This document shows positions 8,506 to 17,248 of a stretch of 64,000 bases of DNA, piece by piece. A model generated the notes under the pieces. The model did not search any database. It was not told where the DNA came from and saw only the letters and a program-made list of their open reading frames with translations. The DNA is from Nitrospinales bacterium (lineage in GTDB: Bacteria; Nitrospinota; Nitrospinia; Nitrospinales; VA-1), in contig CBDCXL010000001.1 in NCBI GenBank assembly GCA_965223795.1, positions 128,001 through 192,000 of the forward strand, given 5' to 3'. The stretch's first letter is position 1, and each line of letters starts with the position of its first letter. A program made the position numbers and the translations under genes.

Positions 8506-9753
8506 TTATCTCGGACCCACGCCTCCGACATGGGAGATGCTGGTGGCAGCACCCACGGCGGTGGTGGAGATGGTGCTGTCGAGGACGGAATCGCCCGCGA
8601 GAGTCACCGTCTGAGCGGAAACATCACCCAGATTCAGGTTCAGGGACAGAGACTTGCCGCTCGGGCGGTACCAGCCGCCATAGCGGCGGTCCTCAAAGTG
8701 GCTGTTGTCCACGCTGAGGGAGGCACCGAGAGCAGAGGTGCTGATCTTGTTGCCTTCAACATCGCCATGGGTCAGCAGGATCGTGGAAGCGTGAACCGGC
8801 GCCTTGTTGATGTTGATGGTTTTCAGGTTGAAACCTTTGGAACCGGCAGCCACGGAAGTCTGTGCTCCGACTGCCTGCGTGTCGATCGTGTTCCAGGAGA
8901 TTTCGTGGGGTGCGAGGACGAAGGTGTGCGCGCCCACATAACCCCGGTTGATGTTTTTGGTGAACGCGTGCGTGTAGTTGCCGCCGTTCTCAACGTTCGC
9001 CAGAGCGCCCGCAGCGACGGTGGACACTTCGTTCTCGGAGAACTTGCCGCCTGCGATCACTTTGGTTTTGGCGAGAACATTCGCACGGTTGTAGTTGATG
9101 GTGAAGAAGTGACCCTTCTTGCCATCGTTGACGACACTGGTCTGGGCGCCGATGGCGGCCGTGTCGATGGTGTTGCCGGTCACATCGTCATATGCGAGGA
9201 TTTTGGTCTTCGCGTATACCGAGCGGCCGAGGTTCTTGTTGATCGTGAAGAAGCTGTTGTAGGACTTCTCACTCTCGATGTCAGTCAGAGCACCCACGGC
9301 AACCGTGGAGATCTCGTTGTTCTGCACGTCGTCACCGGAGATGATGAGAGATTTGGCTTTGACGGAAGCGAGGTTGGCGTTGATGGTGAAGAAGTCGTTT
9401 CCGTAGCCTTTGCTCTCCGCGGTGGTCTGCGCGCCAACGGCCTGGGTGTTGATTTTGTTGTCGTTGACATCGTCATCGTAGGCGAAGGTCAACGTACCGG
9501 CTTCCACTTTGCGGCCGAGGTTCAGGTTCAGCGAACCAAAGTTGTTGCCGTGGCCGTGGTTGAGGATGTCCATCGTCGCGCCAACAGCGGCCGTGTCGAT
9601 GTTGTTGCCGATGATCTGGTACCCGGCGATGGTCGGCGTGTGTGCCCCGACATAGCCCAGGTTGATGTTGCCCTGGTAGTAGCTGTCCGCCTGAGCGGAA
9701 CCGGCGAAACCTACCAGAAGTACCGCCAATGTGGTGAAGATTTTTTTTGTCAT
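8506..9753 (-). CDS. Secreted repeat protein (8 x ~47 aa), HfaD/curlin-like beta-solenoid candidate
   Basis: Signal peptide ending AQA; eight repeats of NxN..V.A.T followed by N.I.T.A(V/I/A/L)GA; ATG at 9753 with GGAG/AGGA upstream. Confidence 0.8.
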   Translation of the reverse strand: MTKKIFTTLAVLLVGFAGSAQADSYYQGNINLGYVGAHTPTIAGYQIIGNNIDTAAVGATMDILNHGHGNNFGSLNLNLGRKVEAGTLTFAYDDDVNDNKINTQAVGAQTTAESKGYGNDFFTINANLASVKAKSLIISGDDVQNNEISTVAVGALTDIESEKSYNSFFTINKNLGRSVYAKTKILAYDDVTGNTIDTAAIGAQTSVVNDGKKGHFFTINYNRANVLAKTKVIAGGKFSENEVSTVAAGALANVENGGNYTHAFTKNINRGYVGAHTFVLAPHEISWNTIDTQAVGAQTSVAAGSKGFNLKTININKAPVHASTILLTHGDVEGNKISTSALGASLSVDNSHFEDRRYGGWYRPSGKSLSLNLNLGDVSAQTVTLAGDSVLDSTISTTAVGAATSISHVGGVGPR

Positions 9754-9833
9754 TTCCTGCTCCAAAACTAGGGTTGAAATAGCGCACTCGAGTGCGGTTG
9801 TGTGCTCCTTTCTCTATCCCCTCCGCCAGCGGA

Positions 9834-10703
9834 TCAGTAAGAAACCCGCTGCCAGTCTTCCGTACCGTCAAACGGCTCGACCGTGTAGCCTTCCGCGATC
9901 TGCGGCTTGGTTCCGTCTTCCACACCTTCCACCTTCTCGATGATGTAGCTGCAGGATTTGCCGTTGATGTCGTACAGGTCGGCCAGCATTTCATAGACAG
10001 CCATCTTGAGCATGTTGCGCAGAGCAAAGTGAACCGCTTCGCGGCGCTGCTCGCCCAGGTCGATCAGGACCAGGGTGGTGCCGAAGAACCGTCCGACGTT
10101 GCCGCCGATTTCATCCGCCACCAGCTGCTTGAACACGGAGGAGTGGGCGACCACTTCAGAGGTCTTGGTGTTGGTCAGAAACAGGTCCAGGCCGATCAGC
10201 ATGCGGTGCTGGCGGTACTTGGCGCCGGCGCCGTAGGCATTGGCATCGATTCCGCCGCCCGGCAGAAAGTCCAGGCTGTTGATGGAACCGGTGATGTGGT
10301 AATCGGACTTGATCCAGTTGACCTTGCCGCCGAAAGCCGCTTCCAGCTTCATGACGCGGGGGTCGCGGCGGTTGACCACCTTGACCATGCGGGACTGCAG
10401 CAGGGCGCTCTGCACGATGTCTCCGGCCGCCTGGGTGACGTATTTCCCGTTGCCGGTGTCGGAAATGGAAAACTTGCCGGTTTCATCGCTCACGGAACCC
10501 ACGCCGATGCGCGCTTGCTTGCCTTTGTAGGCATCGCTCAGGCAGGAAAGCAGCTTGTCATAAGGCGTGGTGATCTGCGTGACGGCACGGGGGCCCTCCG
10601 TCAGCTTCATGTCTTTGGAGAACGGGGTGGTGGCCGCGCATCCCGTAGACAGGGTGATGAGCGCGACAGCCCCGAAAAGTTTTTTTACTTTGTGGCTGAT
10701 CAT
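9834..10703 (-). CDS. CsgG/HfaB-family outer-membrane lipoprotein
   Basis: AAGGAGG RBS before ATG 10703; lipobox LSTGC; VT..TTPY..LL.CL, IGVGSVSDETGK, VVNR, YHITGSINSLDF, IGLDLFL, EAVHFALR...MAVYEMLADLY, as I recall for HfaB/CsgG proteins. Confidence 0.88.
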   Translation of the reverse strand: MISHKVKKLFGAVALITLSTGCAATTPFSKDMKLTEGPRAVTQITTPYDKLLSCLSDAYKGKQARIGVGSVSDETGKFSISDTGNGKYVTQAAGDIVQSALLQSRMVKVVNRRDPRVMKLEAAFGGKVNWIKSDYHITGSINSLDFLPGGGIDANAYGAGAKYRQHRMLIGLDLFLTNTKTSEVVAHSSVFKQLVADEIGGNVGRFFGTTLVLIDLGEQRREAVHFALRNMLKMAVYEMLADLYDINGKSCSYIIEKVEGVEDGTKPQIAEGYTVEPFDGTEDWQRVSY

Positions 10704-10758
10704 GTGAAATGCCTCCTTTTGCATTTACAATAGAGAACGAATCGCTGTTGCGTGTTTT

Positions 10759-11145
10759 TTAATTGTCGATGTTGCCGGGGCCGTCGGAGATCAGAGAAGA
10801 GACGTCGCCGTCGTTGTCGGAATCGACTTCGTTGTTGTCGCCTTCGATGTTGATCTGGTTGCCGATGGCGACCGATTCACCGTCGTAGTTCTCACAGGCG
10901 CCGAGCGCTTCGCAGTACTGGGTGCTGTTGTCGGTCCAGAAGCTGCTGTTGTTGATGTTGAACCCGCCTTCCTCGACGAATTCCATTTCCAGTGCCTGGG
11001 CCAGGGCGTTCGCGCGCTCCGCTTCGGACTGGAAACTCCAGCTGTCGTTCCAGTCGGAAGAAGCAGAACCGGCGAATACCGCACCGGCGTTGAGAAGCAG
11101 GACGATGACGGCAAGACCCAAAGATTTTTTGTTGAAAATTTTCAT
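10759..11145 (-). CDS. Small secreted acidic Asn/Asp-rich protein, HfaA-like
   Basis: GAGG RBS, signal peptide ending VFA; C-terminal SVAIGNQINIEGDNNEV..DNDGDVSS resembles the HfaA AIGN..NV...G..N.V...N.G.V tail; one Cys pair. Confidence 0.7.
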   Translation of the reverse strand: MKIFNKKSLGLAVIVLLLNAGAVFAGSASSDWNDSWSFQSEAERANALAQALEMEFVEEGGFNINNSSFWTDNSTQYCEALGACENYDGESVAIGNQINIEGDNNEVDSDNDGDVSSLISDGPGNIDN

Positions 11146-11552
11146 TGTGGTACCTCGTTTTTAGATGTTGTCCTGCGCTTCCCTTGAAGCGCTTTATGTC
11201 AAAACCAACCGGTTATGAACGTGTGGCCTGAATCAGCTTTGAAGCAATCATGCTGTTTGGTTGTCGCAAACGGGTTAAGCGAAGGTTACGATTTTTTTAC
11301 AAATCCGTACCCCGAACCGGGTATCTGCGTAGTAAATCGAATGTGCCAAAATGGGCGATAATCATTTGGCGACGGCAGTTTGCAGCGCATGTGAAAGAGC
11401 GGGGCCGGATCTGTGGAGGCCCGCAAGCGTTGAGGCGGCATCCTTGATGCTTTGCTGTGCAGGGGACGGTCGAACGGAATTGTGGAAGCGAGTTCTCCCG
11501 CTGTCCGGGGCGGCGCAAGGGGATCGAACAGTGTGTGTCGATAAAGGCTGTG

Positions 11553-11585
11553 AAAAAAGCTGAGAGGGGCGGGGAGGCCCCTCTC
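11553..11585 (-). terminator. Intrinsic terminator downstream of the lytic transglycosylase gene
   Basis: 9-bp stem GAGAGGGGC/GCCCCTCTC followed on the minus strand by a T6 tract. Confidence 0.75.
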
Positions 11586-11624
11586 TGGCGGGTTTGTGCG
11601 GTGAGTTGAAGGGGGAAGAAGGGG

Positions 11625-12641
11625 TCAGACTTCCTGGATGTCAGGCGATCCCTGGTAGGATTTCCATTCCTGCCACTGTTCGGCGATCATCTTTTTCGCG
11701 TGCTTGTAATCGATGCCGTCCATCTTCTCGTCCAGGTCGGTCAGGTTCAGGGTCTGGCCGGCCTGGATTCCGTTCATGTTGCCCTCGATGAACGCGTTCA
11801 CGTTGCTCTGCCACAGAGCCGCGGCGAAACGGTACGCGTCTTTTTTCTTGTATCCCAGCCGGTCCGCAAGGCGGAACAGGGATTCACCTTCCTGCACCTT
11901 GACGGTTTTCTGCACTGCCGATTCCGGCTGGGCCGGAGCGGCCTTGGCGGTCAGGCTGGCGAACACGATGCGCGGTTTCGACTGCGGCAGCCGGATCTTC
12001 TTGTAGTGGCTGAACACCTTGCCGGAGTATTTCACCGGCTGGTAGCCGCGGCGCAGGTAGCGGGCCATCAGCGTCGGGCCGTGGTTGTAGGCTTCCAGCG
12101 CGATCTCGATGTCGCCGAACCGGCGGAACAGCTTGTCCAGATAGTGCGTGCCCAGCGCGATGTTGGTTTCCGGGTGGAACAGCGTCTTGTGGCCGTTCCA
12201 CGGCGTCTTGGTCTCATCCGCCAGCGCCTTGCCGGTGCGCGGCCGGATCTGCATCAGGCCGAACGCGTCGCGGTTGGAGCGGGCCCAGTTGTTGAACGAG
12301 CTTTCGGTGATGATGACCGCCGTCAGGAACAGGGGATCGTAGCCGTACTTCTCACCCATTTTGTAGAGCACCTTCACGAGCTGGCTGCGCTGGTGTTTCT
12401 TCAGGCCGGTGCGGTAGCGCGCGAGCACATCCGCGATCCGTTTTTCGATGTCCTTTTGAAACGGAGTTTTGGCGACGGCTTTCTGCACCTGATACGGTTT
12501 CTCCAGCAGGATCGAAACCGGCTTGCCGGAACGGCTGCCCAGTCCGGACTCCACGGTGGAGGAAAACGGGCCGACGAGGGCCGTCAACGCGAATGCGAAG
12601 AGAATGTAAACTCTCAGAATCTGTTTTTCCGAAAACGCCAT
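11625..12641 (-). CDS. Lytic transglycosylase (SLT domain) fused to a FimV-type LysM-like domain
   Basis: AVIITESSFN, AFGLMQI, NIALGTHYL, ALEAYNHG; C-terminal VQEGESLFRLA...ALWQSNVNAFIEGNMNGIQAGQTL. Confidence 0.88.
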   Translation of the reverse strand: MAFSEKQILRVYILFAFALTALVGPFSSTVESGLGSRSGKPVSILLEKPYQVQKAVAKTPFQKDIEKRIADVLARYRTGLKKHQRSQLVKVLYKMGEKYGYDPLFLTAVIITESSFNNWARSNRDAFGLMQIRPRTGKALADETKTPWNGHKTLFHPETNIALGTHYLDKLFRRFGDIEIALEAYNHGPTLMARYLRRGYQPVKYSGKVFSHYKKIRLPQSKPRIVFASLTAKAAPAQPESAVQKTVKVQEGESLFRLADRLGYKKKDAYRFAAALWQSNVNAFIEGNMNGIQAGQTLNLTDLDEKMDGIDYKHAKKMIAEQWQEWKSYQGSPDIQEV

Positions 12642-12864
12642 CGGACTTTCTCCCTGGTCAATGCGTGTGGCTCTAATGGGTGTGACTCAATACAGGATCA
12701 GAATATGAAAACAATCTCACGGGAGGATCGAGAGGAAGTCACAAATTGGAAACAAATCCGGAAGCCGGAACTTTGGCGTTAAGTTGCGGAAAATCAAGGG
12801 TTTCGGGTGCTGCGGGCGCGGCGCGGGCAGACAGGAAAAGCGTTGAAAAACCGGGGGTTGTGGA

Positions 12865-13551
12865 TCAGGCGTAGCGGTCGTTCAGCCAGGGTTCGGCGGT
12901 GTTGGAGTAGCCCCGTTTTTCCCAGAAGCCCAATTCGTCCTTGTCGAGGAAGCAGATTTCGCCGATCCATTTCGCGCCCTTCCAGGCATACAGCTGGGGC
13001 GTGATCATGCGCACCGGGCCGCCGTGGTCGCGGGTGAGCGGGTGGCCCTCCCACTGGTGCACCAGCAGCACGTCCTTTTTCATGGCCTGCTCGAGCGGCA
13101 GGTTGGTGGAGTAGCCGTCGAAGGCCTTGATGTAGACGAAGCGGGCGCTGTCCATCAGTTCGCAGTGCTCGGCGATGTCGCGGAAGCGCACGCCCACCCA
13201 GCGGTTGTCCATCCGGCTCCAGGAGGTCACGCAATGGAAGTCGGAAACGTCCTCCACCTGCGGGAACTGCATGAACGCGTCCCAGGTGAAGGTCTCGGGA
13301 TTTTTGACGAAGCCGGACACGGTGAGGTTCCAGGTCGTTTCATCGAGCTCGGGCTGCACGCCCAGATCGAGGACCGGCCAGTTGGTGGTCACCCTCTGTC
13401 CGGGGGGGATCTTGGGGTTGCCGTCGCGGTTCAGCTCGCCCTCGCCCTGGGGTATCTCGCCGTCCCAGTTCTGCTTTTCCTGCAGGGCCTTGCGGTAGGC
13501 GATCAGTTTTTCCCGGCCCTGGATGCGTTTGGAGTTGGGGTCGTATTTCAT
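12865..13551 (-). CDS. Sulfite-oxidase-like molybdopterin-binding oxidoreductase
   Basis: PPGQ, WPVLDLG, DFHCVTSWS, YSTNLPL, HGGPVR, YAWKGAKW, GFWEKRGY. Confidence 0.92.
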   Translation of the reverse strand: MKYDPNSKRIQGREKLIAYRKALQEKQNWDGEIPQGEGELNRDGNPKIPPGQRVTTNWPVLDLGVQPELDETTWNLTVSGFVKNPETFTWDAFMQFPQVEDVSDFHCVTSWSRMDNRWVGVRFRDIAEHCELMDSARFVYIKAFDGYSTNLPLEQAMKKDVLLVHQWEGHPLTRDHGGPVRMITPQLYAWKGAKWIGEICFLDKDELGFWEKRGYSNTAEPWLNDRYA

Positions 13552-13863
13552 GGAAATTCAATGGTTCCAAATGGTTGTGGCATTTATGGGTAAATGCGGC
13601 GCCATTGGATATGCGTGGATGATAATTATAAATACTATGTGTATTTTGTGTTCAAGCGCATTCGGCCCGCAAAAACCCGCATGAAACCGGTCCCTGGGGC
13701 CGATCCTTCCCTATTGGATGGTGAAACCCGCCCGAGGTTACAACAAACCTGAAAATAATTCACCTCAGAGGCTGGATGAGCCCGAAGGCCATCAAAAAAA
13801 AGGCGGTAAAGTGATTTTCAGCAAATTCCGACAAGGAGGAAAACAACCGGAGACCTTTCCCGC

Positions 13864-16800
13864 ATGAATCTCAAAATCCTGACCTTCAACTGGCACGAAC
13901 CCTACCTTTGCCTGTTGTCCCGCATCGGGCATGAATTTCTCGTGGTGGAGCCGGAAATCGCTCCCGGCGGCAAAATCCGCCGCTGGGACGACAATATGCG
14001 GCCGCAGCCGAAAAACATGCGCCGCGTTTCCACCGAACAGGCGCTGGAGGAGCTGGAGCGCAATCACATCGACCTGGTGATCGCCCACAACGTCAAGGAC
14101 CTGGTGTTCGTGCGCGAATTCGAGCTGCCCAAGATCCTGGTTTTCCACAACCGGCTGACGACGGAGATCGAGCTCAGCACGGTGCCCATCGACCGCGGGG
14201 AATACCTGGAAAAAGTGCGCACCCTGCTTTCGGGAGTGAGCCGTGTGTTCATCTCCGAGAGCAAGAAAAACGACTGGGGGCTGGACGGGACGGTGATCTT
14301 GCCGGGGCTGGACGTGTCCGAATACGGCGGCTACACCGGCGCCAAGGCCTGCGCGCTGAGGGTGGGGAATCTGCTGAAGGAACGGGATCTCATGATGGGT
14401 TTTTCCACCGGAGAGAAGGTGCTGGCAGGGTTCGAGTCCGTGACGCTGGGGATGAACCCGTCCCTGCCGGGTTCGCGGCTGTCGCGCGGTTTCGAGGATC
14501 TGAAAACGTTCTTTCGCAACTGCCGGGTGTACCTCAACTGCACGGTGGAAGGCTATGAGGACGGCTACAACCTCGCCATGCTGGAGGCGATGGCCACCGG
14601 CATGCCGGTGGTGGCGTCGTTCAACAGCACCTCGCCCATCGAGGACGGCGTCAACGGCTTCATTTCCGGCGATGTGGACACGCTGCGCGAGAACCTGAAG
14701 ACGCTGCTGGACGACCCCTCTCTCGCCGCCCGGATGGGAGAAAAAGCGCGCGAAACGGTGCGCGAGAAATTCGGCATCGACGCCTTCCTGGCCGCCTGGC
14801 AGCTGGTGGTGAAGGACGCCATCGTGGAGTTTCTGGAACGCTCCGGCATCTCGCTCAGCAACACGCCGCGCCCGTTTCACCAAAAATCGCGCAAGAACAT
14901 CCTGCTCAATTACGTTTCCTATCCCGCCACCACGGCGCATTACCTGGAACGCGCGTTCCGCCAGCAGCACAACGTCATCACCTGCGGACCGATGATCTCG
15001 AAGGAGGTCGTCGAGCTGTGGGATCTCAAGGAAATGCATTGGGACATCACGCCGCAGGACATTCCCGTCAACGACGGCACGCCGCTGGCCGGCGTGCGCG
15101 AAAAACTGCCGCAGGGCTGGGAGCCGGATCTGTTTCTGTGGGTGGAGACCGGGCTGGGCACGCTGCCGCCGGACCTGGACAAACACACAGTCCCCAAGGC
15201 CTGCTATCTGATCGACACGCACCTGCACCTGGAAAAGCACAAGCAAATCGCGCGCAGATTCGATTTCGTGTTTCTCGCCCAAAAGGGCTATGTAGAGGAC
15301 CTCAAGCGCGCCGGGATCGAACACGTTCACTGGCTGCCGCTCGGCTGCGATCCGGACATCCACGGCCCCAGGGAGGGCGGCAAGCTGCACGACGTGGGCT
15401 TCGTCGGCTCGGTGACGGCGGCGCACAAGCGGCGCAAGGAACTGCTCGACAGCATCGGCGAGCATTTCGATCTGTGCGTGGAGCGCAAGTTCATGGACGA
15501 GATGGCGCAGGTGTTCGCGCGCTCGCGCATCGTGTTCAACAACGCGCTCAGGGACGACCTCAACATGCGGGTGTTCGAGGCGCTGTGCAGCGGCAGCCTG
15601 CTGCTCACGGACACGGCCTGCGGACTTTCAGACCTGTTCGAGGAAGGCCGGCATTACGCGCTGTACACCGACGACACCCTGATCGAGACCATCCGCTATT
15701 ACCTCGACCGGCCCAACGAGCGTGAGCGGATCGCCACCGAGGGGCGCAAGGAAGTGCTCACGCGCCACACCTACGCGCACCGCGCGCGCACGCTGATCGA
15801 GACGCTGGACGCGTATTTCAAAAGCCAGCCGCAGGCCGCGCCCGCGGTGCAGGAGAAACCGGATTCCTATTACCACCACGTGCGCGAGGACGTGCTGGCG
15901 CTGATCCCGGAAGCGGCGGAGTGCATCCTTGAAATCGGCTGCGCGGCCGGCGAGACCGGGCGGGCGTTGAAAAGCCGGAAAGACGTGTTCGTCGCCGGCG
16001 TCGAGTGCATGCCGGAGGCGGCGGCGAAAGCGCGGGCGGTGCTGGACGACGTGGTGGAAGGCGACATCGAAGCGCTGGATCTGCCGTACGACAAGGCCAG
16101 CTTCGACTGCGTGCTGTTCGCCGACGTGCTCGAGCATCTCATCGACCCGCTGGCTGTGCTGAAAAAGGTGAAGCCGCTGCTCAAGCCCGGCGGCACGGTG
16201 GTCGCCAGCCTGCCCAACGTGCAGTATTACGGCCTGGTGCATCACCTGGTGGAAGGCAACTGGACCTATCAGAAAGAGGGCATTCTGGACGAAACGCACC
16301 TCCGGTTTTTCACTTTCCGCGAGATGGAAACGCTGTTCGCCAGAGCCGGGTTCGCCATCGAAGCGGTGGACGAGACCCTGGACCCGAAATATGAGGAATT
16401 TTCAAAGAGCATGCCCGCCAGCCTCAACATCGGCCGCATGACGATCCACGATCTCACGGAAGAGGAGTGCAAGCGGTTTTTCGTGTTCCAGTACAAGATC
16501 CGCGCGGGGCTGAAATCCGCCGTGCCGGCCCCGGCGCCGCCGGTACTGGACACGATGTCGGTGGAGCAGGCGCTGGAGGAAGCGCAGGCGCTGTTCGACA
16601 AGCACGACTTCAACAGCGCGGTGGATCTGTACCGCAACATCCAGCGCTCCTTTCCCGGCTGCGTCGAGGCGCTGGCGCAGGAAGGCAACTGCCGCATGCA
16701 CCTCAACGACGCCGAAGGCGCGCGCGAGTGCTATGAGAAGGCGATCTCCCGCGATCCGGATCATTTCGCGGCGTGGATGGGCGTGGGGCTTTTGGATCTC

Positions 16801-17241
16801 AAGGACGGAAAATTCGACGCCGCCGCCGAGGGACTGAACGCGGCGCTGCGCGTGCGGCCCGACAGCGACAAGGCCCTGTCGGCGCTGGGTCTGGTGCACC
16901 GGCACCGCGGGCGGGCGCAGGAGGCGCTCGGCTGCTTCGAGCAGGCGTTGGAACTCAACGCCGAAAACCAGACCGCGCTCACCAACCTGCTCGATCTTTC
17001 CTACGAGCTCAACGAATTCACCGCGGTCGAGAAGGCGCTGAAGTGCTACCTCAAGCTGCACCCGGCCAACCTCAGCATGCTGTTCGGCCTGGCCGGCGTC
17101 CAGTTCAAGATGGGCAAGCGCAGCGAGTGCCGCGCCACGCTGGACCTGATCCTGGTTTTCGACGCCAAGCACGCGGATGCGCTGAAGTTTCTCAAGCGCC
17201 TCGAGACCGAACCGGCCGATTCCCGATTGACGACGAGCTGA
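13864..17241 (+). CDS. Multidomain protein: GT4-like glycosyltransferase + CgeB-like glycosyltransferase + SAM methyltransferase + TPRs
   Basis: LAMLEAMATGMPVV (GT-B), DLNMRVFEA and HTYAHRA (CgeB-like), ILEIGCAAG and DVLEHL (class I MTase), C-terminal TPRs. Confidence 0.88.
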   Translation: MNLKILTFNWHEPYLCLLSRIGHEFLVVEPEIAPGGKIRRWDDNMRPQPKNMRRVSTEQALEELERNHIDLVIAHNVKDLVFVREFELPKILVFHNRLTTEIELSTVPIDRGEYLEKVRTLLSGVSRVFISESKKNDWGLDGTVILPGLDVSEYGGYTGAKACALRVGNLLKERDLMMGFSTGEKVLAGFESVTLGMNPSLPGSRLSRGFEDLKTFFRNCRVYLNCTVEGYEDGYNLAMLEAMATGMPVVASFNSTSPIEDGVNGFISGDVDTLRENLKTLLDDPSLAARMGEKARETVREKFGIDAFLAAWQLVVKDAIVEFLERSGISLSNTPRPFHQKSRKNILLNYVSYPATTAHYLERAFRQQHNVITCGPMISKEVVELWDLKEMHWDITPQDIPVNDGTPLAGVREKLPQGWEPDLFLWVETGLGTLPPDLDKHTVPKACYLIDTHLHLEKHKQIARRFDFVFLAQKGYVEDLKRAGIEHVHWLPLGCDPDIHGPREGGKLHDVGFVGSVTAAHKRRKELLDSIGEHFDLCVERKFMDEMAQVFARSRIVFNNALRDDLNMRVFEALCSGSLLLTDTACGLSDLFEEGRHYALYTDDTLIETIRYYLDRPNERERIATEGRKEVLTRHTYAHRARTLIETLDAYFKSQPQAAPAVQEKPDSYYHHVREDVLALIPEAAECILEIGCAAGETGRALKSRKDVFVAGVECMPEAAAKARAVLDDVVEGDIEALDLPYDKASFDCVLFADVLEHLIDPLAVLKKVKPLLKPGGTVVASLPNVQYYGLVHHLVEGNWTYQKEGILDETHLRFFTFREMETLFARAGFAIEAVDETLDPKYEEFSKSMPASLNIGRMTIHDLTEEECKRFFVFQYKIRAGLKSAVPAPAPPVLDTMSVEQALEEAQALFDKHDFNSAVDLYRNIQRSFPGCVEALAQEGNCRMHLNDAEGARECYEKAISRDPDHFAAWMGVGLLDLKDGKFDAAAEGLNAALRVRPDSDKALSALGLVHRHRGRAQEALGCFEQALELNAENQTALTNLLDLSYELNEFTAVEKALKCYLKLHPANLSMLFGLAGVQFKMGKRSECRATLDLILVFDAKHADALKFLKRLETEPADSRLTTS

Positions 17242-17248
17242 CGCGCGC

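Noticed and set aside
11146..11552. c-di-GMP riboswitch upstream of the fibre operon
   Set aside because: No GEMM-type GCAAA/GNRA-receptor pattern found by eye on the minus strand.
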